Source: Cyanophora paradoxa CCMP329 (taxonomy: Eukaryota > Plantae > Glaucophyta). Taken from it: 64,000 nt of DNA. The number at the start of each line of letters is the position of its first letter. The stretch's first letter is position 1. Position numbers and translations under genes: made by a program. The stretch is taken from positions 244,163 to 308,162 of the forward strand of contig QPMI01000503.1 in assembly GCA_004431415.1 (NCBI GenBank). The letters are read 5' to 3'. The notes beneath the pieces were generated by a model. That model worked only from the letters and a program-made list of their open reading frames with translations, was not told the DNA's origin and ran no database searches. This document shows, piece by piece, positions 11,369 through 24,024 of the stretch.

Positions 11369-14300
11369 TCACTTGCCCTTGCCCTTGCCCTTGGCGGCCG
11401 GGGCGGGGAACTTGCGCCCCTTCTTCTCCTTCGCCTCGATCTGCTTCTGCAGGAGCACCTGCGCGCGGTGCCGCGATCGGGCGGGTCAAAGAGATCAAAT
11501 GTGGGGAGGGGCCCCGGCCGGGCGGACCTTGAGGAGCTCGAGGAGGGTGCGGCAGCGGCGGGCGTCCGGGTGGGACTCCTCGCGCGCCGCCCCCTGCGCC
11601 GCCTCCAGCAGCGACGCCGCCGTCGCCTGCGCGCGAGGCGGCTCGGGCAAGGCAAGGGAAGGGCGGGGGCGGGGGGCGCGGCACGCACGGCGGGGGCGGG
11701 GAGGGGACTTGAGGGAGGGGAGGGCGGAGCCGCGGCGGCCGGCGGGGGCGGGGAGGCGGTGGAGCCGCGGCGGGAGCCCGGGCCGGCCGAGGAGGCCCGC
11801 CTCGAGCCGGCCGAGGTCGACCCGCGGCGCCCGCCGGCCGCCGAGCCGCGGCGGTTGCCGGGGGGACGGGGCCGGCGGGGAGGAGCTGACCCCGGGATGG
11901 CGAAGGCACCCCGGCGGGATGGGGCCCCCGCGGCCGACGGGGGCCGCGAGCCGCCGGCGGCGGAGGGCGGGCGGGGGGAGGAGGGGGAGCCCGGGGGGGG
12001 CGGGGGCGGGGCGAGGGCGGAGGCGAGGGAGTTTGTGATGGTGGGGACGGCGGCCGTCTGGTGCAGGATGGCCAGCGCGCGCTCCAGCAGCGCCACGCCG
12101 TCCGCGTAGCGCCGCTTGGAGCGCAGGCACCGGGCCACGTCGTAGAGGCGGGCGGCGACGGCCGGGTGCGGGCCGGCGCCGGGGGCCCCCTGCGTGGCCC
12201 TCTCCGTGAGGCGGAGGGCCCGCTCGAAGCAGGGGTACGCCTCGTCCACGCGGTCCCGCCGGAGCAGCGCGTCCCCGAGGGCGCAGAGCAGCGGCGTCAG
12301 GTCCTCCTGCAGCGGCCCGAACGCCTGCGGCCGAGAAGCCTCAGAACAGCCTTTCAGGAGACCGGAGAAGACTGTCCGACCGTCTCGCGGATCTGGAGGG
12401 CGCGCTGCATGAGCTTGACGGGCTCGTCGGCGCCGCCGGCGTTGGCGTTCTGCAGCTCCTTCTCCTTGTCCTTGTCGCCCTGCGCGAGGACGCGCACGCG
12501 GGCGACGAGCAGCTCCGCCAGGCTGAAGAGCGTCCCCGCCACGTCCGGCGCCTCCGGGCCCAGCACCTGCAAGAACACGCTGAGAAGAAGCTTTAGAACA
12601 AAGGAGAGATTAGTTAAGGACCTGCTCCTGGAGGGCGACGGCGCGGCGGTAGAGGATCTCGGCGTCCTCGAGGCGGTGGGCCGCCTCGGGGCCCTGGCGC
12701 CCCTTGAAGGCGTGGATCCACGCCACCGCCTTCATGAGCGACGCGAGGGCGAGCTGCACGTCGGGCCCCGCCGCCGAGGCCCCCGAGCGGGCCCGCACGG
12801 CCCGCACGTGCGCCTCGCCGATGTCGAGGGCGCGCTGGTAGTAGGGCAGCGCGTGGTCGTAGTGCCCCAGGGAGAAGTGGTGGTCGGCGAGGGCGACGAG
12901 GCGCTCGCCCACGGCGGGGTGGTGCGGGCCCAGCACGCGCTCCAGGATGCGCTGCGAGGCGAGGTACAGCGGGAGCGCCGCCTCCACGCGCCCCGTCGCG
13001 CGGTAGAGATCGGCGATGAGCTGCAGCGTCTCGCCCGAGCGGCCGTGCTCCTGGCCCAGCGCGCGCTGCCGGATGCGGAGGGCGCGTTCGAGGAGCGGCT
13101 GGGCCCCCTCCGGGTCCCCGCACCAGATCGTGAGCTGGCCCATCGTGTGCAGCGTGTCGCCCACGCCTGCGTGGCCCGGCCCCGAGGACTCCTCCTGGAT
13201 GGCGAGGGCGCGGCGGTAGACGCCGAGGGCGCGGCGGAGCTGGCCGGTCTCGCGGTAGACGCGGGCGACCGCGAGGAGGCGGAGGGCGACCTTGCGGTGC
13301 TTGGGTCCGTAGAGCTTCTCGGTGATGTCGACGGCCTTCATGTGCTGGATGAAGGCCTGGCTGAGGTTGCCCTTGGCGCGGTACGAGCGCGCCACCGAGT
13401 CGAGCGCGTCGGCGATCGCCTCGTGCTCGACGCCGAGCGCCGAGACGCGCAGGTCCAGCGAGCGCTCGCTGGCGGCCAGCGCGTCGTCCCCGCGCGGCGG
13501 CCGCAGCTCCCGCGGCGACCGGAACGCCGTCGCCGGCGTCGCCGGCACGGGCGGCGGGGCGCCGCGGGGCCCCCGACGGCGAGGCGGGCCCCGCGGCCGC
13601 GGCGCCGTCCCCGGCGGCGGCGGGGGCGGGGCCGGGCCGGGGGCGGGGCGGCGGGGCGGCGGGGAGGCGGCGGCGACGGCGCACTCGGCGAGGTAGCCCC
13701 CCGCTAGGGCGAGGAACGAGGCGGCGACGGGGAGCGCCGTCGGCCCGAAGGCCCGCGTCCGCAGCGCCACGGCCCGCTCCAGCAGCCGCGAGGCCGCCGC
13801 CGCCGCCGCCTTCGGGCTGAAGACCGCCGCCGCCAGCCCCGAGGCCGCCGCCGGGCGCGGCGGCCGCGAGGTCGACGGGCGCTTCTCGCCGCCCTCCTCG
13901 TCGTCCACCGTCGGGCGGGGCGGGTGCACGGCCGGCGGGAGGAACGCCGGCGCGGCGCGGAGGCCGCAGCCGGGGGCGAGCTCGGGCTCGGTGCCCGCGT
14001 GCTCGCCGGCGGGGAGCAGCGGGTCGTCGGCGGCGGCCGGCGGGCGGAAGGCGATGAGGAACGCCGCGACGCGCTCCGCCGCGTGCGCCGCCTCCACGTC
14101 GAAGTGCGACGCCGCGTACCCCTCCAGGGCCGGGGGGTACGCCCGCGCCGGGTCCACGTCGGCCTCCGTAAGCGGCCGCGCCTCATCCGTCGTCGTGTCG
14201 AAGGAGAGCGTGGGGGCGGCCCCGGCGGCCCCCGCCTTGGAGGAGGCGAAGCTGGCGAGGAGGGCGCGCCAGTGGACGGAGAGCTCGTCCCGCCGGAGGC

Positions 14301-17300
14301 CGTGCTCCCAGAGGGAGCCGAAGACGTCCGGGTCGGCCAGCGCCGCCGCGAGGCGCCGCCAGCTCCCGATCTGCGCGAGGTGGAAGGGCAGGTCGCGTCG
14401 CCACGCGCCCCGCGGGCCGGCCGCCCACGCCGCCGCCCGCGAGAGGGCGCCCTCCAGCGAGTTGGCCGCCGGCCCGTCCCCGGCGCCTCGCCCCAGGCCC
14501 CGCTCGCCGTGCCCCGGGGAACCCGCCCCCCGGCGTCCCCGCCCGCGACATCACGTGCGAGTGCGACGACATGGCCGTCGCCCGGCCGTCCCCGGAGGGC
14601 GGCGGGGCGCCCCCGGGCCCGGGCCCCGCCGCGGCCGCGCGCTCTGCCTTGAGCTGCTGCTCGTAGCGGGCGGCGATGTCGTCGTGGACCTTGGCGACGG
14701 GCGGCGGCTCGTCGGTCGCCCCCGGCTCGGGCGTCAGGTACCGCCGCACGACGGCCTCGCGGAGCAGCGGCTCGCCGATGTAGAGGGCGCCGCGGTGCGC
14801 GAAGGCGAACTCGCGCAGGGCGTGCGAGAAGGGCGCCCAGACGAGGCCCCGCAGCTGCGCGATCTCCAGGATGTCCCACTCGGGCAGGCCCACCAGCGAG
14901 GTCGCCATGAGCGTCAGGCTGATCTGGACGGTCGTGAGGCCGTACTCGCGCTCCCAGCGGGCCAGGAGGGCGTCCAGGAGGGCCGGCGCGTCCTTGGCCG
15001 GGGCCATCTCGTCCAGCGCCGACTCGACCTCGCGCCCGCGCCGCCGCCGGCACTCCCGCGTCAGCATGGAGAGCCAGGCCGCCCCCGCCGCGCCGGAGGC
15101 GGCGGGGCTGTCCATCGCCATCAGCCGCTCCCGCGCGCGGTTGTCCGCCTCGTCCGCCGCCGCGTCGATCGGGCCCATCAACTGCGCCCGGCCGCGGGGG
15201 CTCACAGAGAGGCGCGCATCGGGGGCGGCGGCGGGGGGTACGCCTCTCGCACCCTGTCGACGAGCGAGATGCGCTGCTGGGGGTGGAGGGGCCCCAGCCC
15301 GACCGAGAGCCAGCCGCCGGCGCGCGCGGCCGCCTCGGGGGCGGTGCCCGGGCGCGCGGAGAGGACTATGTAGACGTTGGAGGGGAAGGCCTCGGGGATC
15401 CAGCGGAGGTCGGAGCCGACGCCGCCCTCCAGCAGATCCACCGAGTCCACCACGAGGACGAGCTTGCCCCGCAGCTTGCGCCCCGCCAGCGCGCCCCGCG
15501 CCCCGCCCGAGCCGTGGCTCGTCGCCGGGCGCGCGGGGGGCGCCTGCGGCGGCACGGCGTTGCCGCAGCGCTGGAGGAGCTCGGTGAACTTGGCCGAGGC
15601 GTCCTCGGGGGTACTAGAAAGGCGCTCCTCGTCCCACTCGCTGCGCGCGAGCTCGCCGGCCTCCTGGCGGGCGCGGCGCGCGGCGGCCGCCCCCGCCCCG
15701 AACTCGACCATCTCCTCCGCGAGGCGCCGCAGGAGCGGCACGAGCGAGGCCGCCGAGGGCGTGGCCGTGCAGTCGCAGTGGTGCATCACCACCGCTGCCC
15801 GCCCGCCCCCGCCGCGTCGCTGGAGGGCGGGGGAGGGGGAGGGGGCTGGCTTCGTTCGCACCGTCGTCCGGGGTGGAGCGCAGCTGCCGCCAGCGGGCCG
15901 CCCAGTTCGCCAGCGTCGCCGTCTTCCCGGAGCCTGCCCCGCGGCGCCCGTCGGCGCCCGCCGCCGCCGGGCTCCGAGCCGGCCGCGGGGGGCACGCGCA
16001 CCGCGGGCGCCGAGGAGGAGGAAGGGCTTGCCGTTGGAGGGCGCCTCGACGTACCCCTCCAGGAGCCCCTCCACGTCCCGCGGTACGTAGTGCGGGCCCA
16101 CGCGGAACTGCGCGCACCGCGTCACCTCCGGGGGGTACGGGATTTCTTTTGGGGGGGGGCGGGGGTACGGGCGCACCGCGCCGTAGGCCTCGTGGCAGGC
16201 GCGCTCCTCCTCCGCCCAGCCCCGGGGTACCTCCTCCGGAAAGTCCGCCAGGATCGCCTGCGGGGGGAAGGGGGGCGGCTCGGGCGGGGGGTACGGCGCC
16301 ATTCCGGCGGAAGAAAGGGCATCGCGCACCCGCTCGAGGTCGGCGTAGGCCTTGTCGGCGAGCTCGTTGGTGTTCACGTAGAGATTTTTGATGGCGTACC
16401 CCGCCGTCAAGACGCCCTGCTTCAGCGCCTCCTGCCGCTGGCCCGCCGCCGGGCTCTCCGCGTCCGACGGGCGGCCCGCCCCCGCCCTCCGTACCCCGTG
16501 GCCCTGCGGCGCGGCGCGGTGGGGCGGCGACCCGGGCGGATGGAGCCGCGGGGGGGTACCGTGGGCCCGGAGGAGGAGCTGGACATCGTGACGCTGGTCT
16601 CGCTCGGGGCCGGCAGCGTCCGGCAGACCTCCGGCGAGCGAACGTAGAAGAACGTTCGCTTCACGTCCTTGTGTCGCCTCGCCAGCGCCCCGTACAGGAT
16701 CTCCATCTACCCCCCACGGGTCACCACGCGGACGTACCCCGATGCCCCCAGCCCCCCGCACCTCGGCCAGGGATCGGTCCTTGAAGGAGTGTACCCAGGG
16801 GAACCGGGTACCCGCCGTGTCGAACGTGTCCATCAGCGCCGGGTCCACCGCCGCATCCGGGTTCGCTGCGGAGGGGGGTACGGGATCAGGGGGGCGGGGT
16901 AGCGGGGCCCGGGGCGGGGGGTACGCGCGCACAGAGGTCGTTGAAGTGGCCGTACATGTTTCCCATGAGGGCCATGAAGTAGGGGCGCGAGTTGGAGATC
17001 TCCCGCAGCCGCAGCAGGAGCGTCTGCGCCGGCCGGCCGTCAGTCGGCGCCTTTGGGGGTAGAGAGGGAGCAGGGGGGTACCTGGCGGTTCTGGTCCTTC
17101 TCACTGAAGGGGGACACGTCGACCGGGAGGAAGCTGTATCCCCTCGAGCGGCAGAGGTTTGCGAGCCGCGGGAAGGTAGTCTGCGCGGGGGGCCTCGGCC
17201 GGGGCGGGGAGGGGCCGGAGCGGAGGGGGTAGACGGGACCTTGAAGAGGGCGTCGCGGTCGGGCCCGAAGTCGCGGGGGGGTAGGGCCACGTAGACGCGG

Positions 17301-17942
17301 ATGACGCGTGACTCGCGGCAGCGGGCGATGTACTCCTCCGGCGGCTGCTCCTCTGCCGTCATCTCTGCCCGCACTGCGAAGGCGGCTCGGATTTTGAGGG
17401 GCGGGCGCGGGGGCGCGCGCGGCGCGGCGCAGCGCGGACGCACCGCGCGGGTCGATGGGCTTGGCGTTGGGCGGGATGTCCGGCACGGCGGCGGCGACGC
17501 TGCCGGCCTTGCCCAGGCCGGCGCTGCCCCGAGCCACTCCCTGGGCCGGGCGGCCACCGGGCCGGGCCGTCGCCTTGGGGGCGCCGGTGCGGGCCGTGTG
17601 CTCGGCCCCCTCGACGGCGACAGTCAGCTCCTTCCCCGCCGGGTTGCGGGAGGCGGCGGCGGAGCCCGGGCGCTGGATGGGCGGGGGCGCCGGCCGCTTT
17701 CCTGAAGACGGCTCGCCCCAGGCCTTCGCGACGCCGCGCGACGTGCCGTGCGTCCGCGAGGATGGGGCCACCTCACTGGGGACGTCCGCCACGAGGTACT
17801 TGCCGCTCTCATCGGCATCCCCCTGGTGCTGCGCGGGCTTCGAAGCCGGCTGCGCGAGCTTCGGGAGCTTCGGCGGCGCTTTGCCGCCGACTTTCGCGCT
17901 CTCGGCGGTCTTCGGACGGATGTCCCTTGTTACGGACCGCAT
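11369..17942 (-). CDS. Nephrocystin-3/TTC41-like protein: DUF4062 + NACHT/STAND P-loop + kinesin-light-chain-type TPRs
   Basis: SRVIRVYVA..DRDALFK|TTFPRLANLCRSRG..LREISNSRPYFMALMGNMYG..RSLAE|MEILYGAL (DUF4062); Walker A LLLGA.GSGKTATLANW; Walker B LVLVVDSVDLLE; TPRs such as YRRALAIQEESSGPGHAGVGDTLHTMG and LERALRIRQRALGQEHGRSGETL. Ends ..AAKGKGKGK*. Confidence 0.85.
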
Positions 17943-18199
17943 CGCTGCGCCTTGGGACTGCAGGCGGCAGCTGAAAAGTGGAAAGCTACCAACGCGAGCT
18001 CGCTGGGGCACTTGGCCTCAAGCCTGAGCCCGGCTGGCCTGTCCACTGTTTGACCGAGCCAGCTTGCGATCGGGGACGCGCTGCGTGCGACTATTCTGTG
18101 CAGGCTACTGCTGCAGGTCGTGCCGCCACTCTGGGTCCGGGCGGGTGGCTTAGTTCGGGCCCAGCCTTTTCGGTCAGAGACTTGTACCCGTCAGAGAAG

Positions 18200-18540
18200 A
18201 TGGCAGCGGTGCCTCCCGGCTTCCCGGACGCCCGCATCCGCTAGCTACGTGCTCTGTGCAATCGCTAACGTGTATACGACGCGCAGAAGCAGCAGTCGCT
18301 GCACGAGGTGCTTCCGAAGGCGGGCCTGGTGTATTCGGAGAAAGGGAACCTCAGCGAGGTGCTGTGCAAACCGAAGATCATGCCCATCAAGTCAGTCACG
18401 CTGCAGCAACTCGAGTCCATCGAAGTGCGTCCACCAAAGTCCGCTCGAATGGAATGTTCGCCGCCCTGACGCACGCCGCCACGCAGAAACAAGCCGTAGC
18501 TATCGGCCAGCAGCGCGCTCAGACTGCTGCCGCCGAGCGT
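18200..18540 (+). CDS. BBIP1: BBSome-interacting protein 1 (BBIP1/BBS18); 3' end uncertain, possibly to ~18754
   Basis: Absent from the ORF track. ATG GCA GCG|intron 18209-18286|KQQSLHEVLPKAGLVYSEKGNLSEVLCKPKIMPIKSVTLQQLESIE|intron|KQAVAIGQQRAQ. This matches the EVLPK..LCKPKxxPxKSxTL family motif. Confidence 0.88.
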
Positions 18541-19048
18541 GCCGGCATGCGATGGTGCGGCCTGTTTTGCGCACCGCCATCGCTCCTCGGCCGCTCACCG
18601 CTCTGCAGATCCGTTCGACGGACTTCGCTCTTTACTCTCATCGACGCGAGCAGCGCAAGATCCATGCAGTCATGCGCCAGAGCTCCGCCGTGCATGGCAT
18701 GAGCGCCCAGGGTCGCGGCCCGCCCTATCCGCCACCTCCACTCGCAGCTCCTAGCTGGCCTTTTCCAAGGCCGTGCCGAACCCTTCGGCAGGACGCGCGG
18801 TGCTGCAGGCCAGTGGTAGGAATATAGGTTGTTTGAGAAACAATAAGCGACAACATTTGCAGCATCTGTACAGCACTAGAGCTTTAAAGGGCACTAGTTC
18901 TAAAAGAGAGTGGAGCATCGGAAAACACGAAGGCTGCCGGGCGACGACAAGGCCCCTAGACAGCAAGTAACACTACATACAGCGGGCGGGCCTGAGAGCG
19001 CGCCCGGCACTGTACAACGCGGCTTCCGGGCGGCGCTGGCTCGCTCGC

Positions 19049-20395
19049 TCAGCGGACGTCGACGAGCTCCCAGCCCTCCTCCACCTCGAACCGGGCCGGC
19101 GCCGCCGCCGCCGAAGAAGCCGGCTTGGCGGCCGCAGCGACCGCGGCCGGCGCCGCGCGGGGCGAGCCCGAGGCGGCTTCGGCGGGGGCGGGGGCCGGCG
19201 CCGGCTGCGGGGCGGCGGAGGGCGTGGCGGGCCGCGGGGACTCCCCCGGAGCCTCCTCCTCCTCCTCCTCCTCCTCGGGCCCCCCCTCGGGGCCTCCTCG
19301 TGGGGCGGCTCGGGTACGGCGAAGAGAGGGCGCCCGTCGTCCTCCCCGAGCCCGCCCCGGCCCCGCCTCCGGCCCCGCCTCCGGCTCCGGCTCCGCGGGC
19401 GCGGGCGCCGGCGCGGGGTCCGCCTCCGGAGCGCTGTCGGCCGCGGGCGGCTCCCCGGCGCTCTCCTCGCGCGCATCGTCTCCCTCCAGCTCGAACGCGG
19501 GGGCCGGCGCCCCACGCTGCCCGGCCCCGGACGGCTGCTGCTGCTGCTGCTGCTGCTGCGCCGCCATCGGGAGCGGGTCCCGGCACGTGTCGCAGAGCAC
19601 CGCGCCGGGCCTGCTCATCGCGCGGCAGCGCTGGCACCACAGCGTCGGCTGCCGTCGCGCGTGAGCGGCGCGGAAGGCGCGGGCGGCGAGGCGCGGGTCC
19701 GCACCGAGGCGGGGACCGCCTGCCACTGCTGGTTCAGGAGGTACTCGTGCGGCATCTTCCTGCGAGGCCGTCGGCACGGGAGGCGCTCGGAAGCACGGAA
19801 AGGACTGAGCGCACTTCGTCCAGAGGATGAGGCCCGGGCCGACGCCCTCGCAGATGTCGGCGCAGCGGTTCAAGTTGCCGAGGCTGGACACGAGGAAGCC
19901 CTCTTCAGTAAAGAACCAGCGCTGGTTAGCGCTGCCGAGAGGCCGGTACGCGATGAGCTTCGCCCCCTCCGGAATGTAGCGACCCTCGCAAACGTCCATC
20001 ACAAGCCCGGTCGCCAGATGCTGGACAAAGCCATCTTCTGTGATCGCCCAAGCTGCGCGAGGCGCGTTTCAGACGGGGGGCGCGTGTGCGATTGTTAAGC
20101 GACGAACTATGCAGCGCGGGGTCGGACGGCTCTTCCACCGTGAGCTGCGTGTTGAAGCCCCTGCGGTCAGCGGTCAGCGTCCCGCCAGAGCAGTATTGCG
20201 AAGCGCAGTCACAGACCTGCACGTCAGAACCCGCCCGTCCTGTGCGCTCTTGATGAAGACGGACACGTGTGGCTTGTGAAACAGGGCGGGCATCGCCGTG
20301 AGCGAGTCGACGACATCCTTGCCTATCGTCCCCGCGATTCGGGCGCTCTTCAAGAGTGCGCTCTTTGCCGCGGCCTTCAGATCCTCGAACGCCAT
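19049..20395 (-). CDS. Ricin-B (beta-trefoil) lectin + C4 zinc finger + acidic low-complexity tail
   Basis: VFIKSAQDGRVLT..AAWAITEDGFVQHLATGLVMDVCEG..GAKLIAYRPLGSANQRWFFTEEGFLVSSLGNLNRCADI..LILW..LLNQQWQ (QxW motifs), then WCQRCRAMSRPGAVLCDTC, then C-terminal EVEEGWELVDVR*. Confidence 0.8.
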
Positions 20396-20578
20396 GGCAG
20401 CCGGCCTTTGCGGCGGCCTTCGCGGCGGCCTTCAGGGGCGTAAGCCCGCTTCAAGGCGCTCAGCGAGGGCTGCGCTTGCCGGATGAACTATGAGGTCGGC
20501 GCAGGTCGGCTGAGGTCGCTTGGACTGGGGTACGCGCAACTAGCGAACCCAGTGCGCTGCGGTGAGTCGTAGCTACAG

Positions 20579-22452
20579 ATGCCGGAGTTCACGGCGGTCA
20601 TACTAGCGGGCGGAAGCGGCACGCGGTTGCTCCCGTTCACAGAGGAGCTGCCGAAGTCGCTCCTGCCGGTCGCGAATAAGCCGATCCTCGCGTACCAGCT
20701 CGAGTTCTTGGAGCACTCCGGATTCAGCGGTGAGCGCCGCACCGCGCCGGGAGCGCCGCGCGCTTGCCGCGCCGCCTTCCGCGCGCCCCGCTCTCAAGCC
20801 CAGCCCGCGCAGACGTCGTTGTCGTCGCGTCGAAGAACTCGCATGGAGCGAAGATCAAAAGCTATATCGAGACCTACCGCGGCAAGCTCAGGATAGACCT
20901 GGAGTTCGTCAGCGAGGATGTGGAGGAGACGGCCGACGCGCTGCGGGCAGTGAGGCACAAGATCAAGGCGCGTGCCATGCCTGCAGCCGCCCCGGCGGAG
21001 CGCGGCCGCTCGCCTGCGCTGGCGCGGGCGCGGCGGCTGAGGCGGCGCGGGCGCGGACGCAGGGTGACTTCGTGGTAATGAGCGGGGACCTCATCACGGA
21101 CGTGCCGATGCACCACATTCTGGACGTGCACAGGGTGAACGACGCGGCGCTCACGGTGCTCCTGCGGCAGCTGCCCCCGCGCTCCGCGGACAAGGCCGCC
21201 AAGCCCTCCAAGGCGCGACCTCCCGCCGGCCCGCCCCGCCCGCGCGCCCCCGGCTTATGCCGCCCGCAGGAGGAGGTCGGCCTGCAGGACTTCGTGGCTC
21301 TGGACGAGGCGCGCTCGCGGCTGCTGCTGATGGCCTCCTCGTCGGACCTCGACGAGGAGTCGATGCTGGCGGTCCGGCGCTCGCTCGTGCGGCGCTGCGG
21401 GGCCGTGCACGTCTCGTCGGCGTGGCAGGACGTCCACCTCTACGTCTTCGCGCACTGGGTCCTCGACCTGCTCGACACCCCGGAGGCCAAGCGCCTCTCC
21501 TCCGTCAAGTCCGAGCTCGTACCCTACCTCGTCAAGCGCCAGTTCAACTCCAGTCGCGCCCCCTTTTACACCCCATCCGCCCCGCCGGCCGCCGCCTGAC
21601 TGGCCGCGCGCCGCGCGCAGAGTTCCCTGTACCCGTCCCCGAGAGCACGCAGGCGGCGGCGCAGGCTCTCTCGCACAACGCGAGGCACAACGCGGCACGC
21701 GGGCGGGCGGAGCTCTACCGCTGCCACGCCGTCCTCCTCCCCGCCGAGGCGGGGTACACCGCGCGCGCCTACACCGTCCCCGCCTACTTCGACATGAACA
21801 TGCAGGCGAGACGCCCCTACCCCCCAGCCCCCGCCCCCCGCCCCACCGAGCGCTTATCTTCCCCCGGGCAGATCTCTAGGGGGGTACACAGCCAGCAGCC
21901 GGAGGAGCCGGCGAGCAACGGGCGGTTCGTGCACCCGTCGGCGTCAATCGACGCGAAGGCGACCGTCGGCGCCGAGTGCATCCTCGGCGCCAGCTCCCGC
22001 GTCGCTGAGAAGACGTGCGTACCCCGCGACTCCCCCCCGCCCCCGGGCGCCGCGAACCGTACCCCCAGGAACGTGAAGCGGTCGGTGATCGGGAAGCACT
22101 GCGCGATCGGCGCCGGCGCGAAGATCGCCAACTCGATCCTCATGGACTACGTCGTCGTTGCGGACGGGTACGCGCGGCGGCCTTCGGAGGGGGGTACGCG
22201 GTCGTCCCGGCTTAGGGGGGTACGCGCGCGCAGGGCGAGCCTGGAGAAGTGCGTGGTGGGGAGCAACGCGGAGGTGCGCCAAGGCGCCCGCCTCGACGAC
22301 TGCCTCGTCGGCTTCGCCTGCCCCGTACCCCAGAACAGTGCGCGGTACCCCGCGCGCCCCGGGGGCCCGCCCCCGCCTTACCCCGCCGGGCCCGCCCCGC
22401 CGCGTGCGCAGGCAAGCTGAAGGGGGAGGTGCTGACCAAAGACCGGGATTAG
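20579..22452 (+). CDS. EIF2B3: Translation initiation factor eIF2B subunit gamma
   Basis: MPEFTAVILAGGSGTRLLPFTEELPKSLLPVANKPILAYQLEFLE..ETADALR..DFVVMSGDLITD..DVHLYVFAHW..SSVKSELVPYLVKRQF, followed by a left-handed beta-helix (VKRSVIGKHCAIGAGAKIANSILMD). Confidence 0.93.
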
Positions 22453-23149
22453 CTGTAGGCGCTCACTAGGACCCGCGGCCGGCGCGGGCTAGTGGCGGAC
22501 CACTGACGGTCGCCGTTTTGATTTTGAATTCGAATTTCGAAGGCGCGGCGCGCGGCGCGGCGCGGCGCGGCTACTAGTAGTACTGCGAGTCTGCGAGTCA
22601 TGCTCAGCCTACGGGCCTCGAGCTAAGGTCTTTGGCCAGTCATCGTGTCATGGCCCCGACTCATGGTGCCACGGTGACATGGGCCTCGAGCTCATCCAGC
22701 TACCGTAGTAGTAGTACTGTAGTACCCCCGGGCCCCGGTAGCGATGCTGGGCATTGCTGGCAGGCTGTGGCCCTGTGGGCCTGTGGCAGCCTGGCAGGAG
22801 CCTGCTGCTTAAAGTCGCCGGTCCAGTCGTACCCTCCGCAAGGCTCTCCAGTACCATCCGGACCAAAAAAGGCGCCGGCGTACGTTAAAAGAGGTCTAGG
22901 TCTCCACGGTCTCCTTCGAATAAAAAAAGACAAAAAAAGACGTTAAGAGGTACCTGGGTATCTTTCGGATGAAAAAAAGACCAACTCCCGCAACGGCCGG
23001 CCGATCTGATCCTCGGGCCGGCTTCAGCAGCTCGAGCTCAGCTTGCCTGCAGCTGCGCGCAGACCGCGCAACGGGCGTCATTCTCGCTCCGCCTAGGCCT
23101 TAAGCGCCTTCGATCAGCTCGCTTTCCTTCCTTCCTTTCCTCGATCAAC

Positions 23150-23490
23150 CGAGAATGCCCAAGGGCTGCTGGAAGGGTGGACGCAAGTGCCGGCTGGTGA
23201 GCGCAAGTTCTCCCGCCCCGCCACGGCGCGCGCGCGCGCGCGCGCGGCGCGCGCGGCCGCCCTTTGAATTTTAACCGACGGTGCGCGCGCGCCTCGGCAG
23301 GACGATGAGAAGCAGGAGGTGGAGGTGACGGCGCAGGACCTCGCGGACGCCGCCCTCGTCGCCGCCTTCGACGGCGCGGAGGCCGCGCCGGCCCTCCCCG
23401 ACGGCCTCTTCGCCGAGGGCGGGGCCGAGCTCCTCGAGGCCGAGGCCGACGAGCTCCTCCTCGCCGAGGTGCGCCTCCGCCGCGAATTTA
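23150..23490 (+). pseudogene. Orphan two-exon acidic gene fragment
   Basis: TENAQGLLEGWTQVPA, GT donor ~23196, acceptor ggcag ~23300, then DDEKQEVEVTAQDLADAALVAAFDG..ELLEAEADELLLAE. No clear start codon or downstream continuation. Confidence 0.3.
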
Positions 23491-24024
23491 AACTTCGGAA
23501 CGGAATTTCGCGCGCATGCACGCGCGGTCGCATCGATGTCACAGTGTCGTACGCGTACGTGATCATGACGCGGGGCCCCTCCTCAGGTCGTCTACACCTC
23601 CGACAAGGAGATGTAAGCGAGACGAACTGGCATGCATATGGATGATCACGTATCGGATTATAGTTATCGATATCGGATTACCCGGGCCCGGAGTGCTAGC
23701 ATTCACGTTCACGTTCGCGATCGACGCTCCGCCACGTCGTCTGCAATGTAGATTCTGCTGTAAACCGTTGAACGTTGTATATAATCCAGGCGCACGGATC
23801 TTCAGCTTCGAAAATTCGGCATGCACGTGGCCTAGGTGGATATAGGCATGCCATGATGCTAGTACTCCGTTGAAAACACGCAGCTGCACTGCACTGCACT
23901 TTACAGAAATGGTATAGGCCTCTTCAAAAACGTAAGGATTTAATAACCCCAGCCCCCAGCTGCGCTATGAAATGGACAACTGATGTACAGGGAAGGACCG
24001 GCCGACGTGCCGAAGCCGGAAAGC

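Noticed and set aside
12061-16647. Long plus-strand Arg/Gly/Pro-rich ORFs here and throughout the window
   Set aside because: They are antisense or off-frame shadows of GC-rich genes, caused by scarce stop codons.
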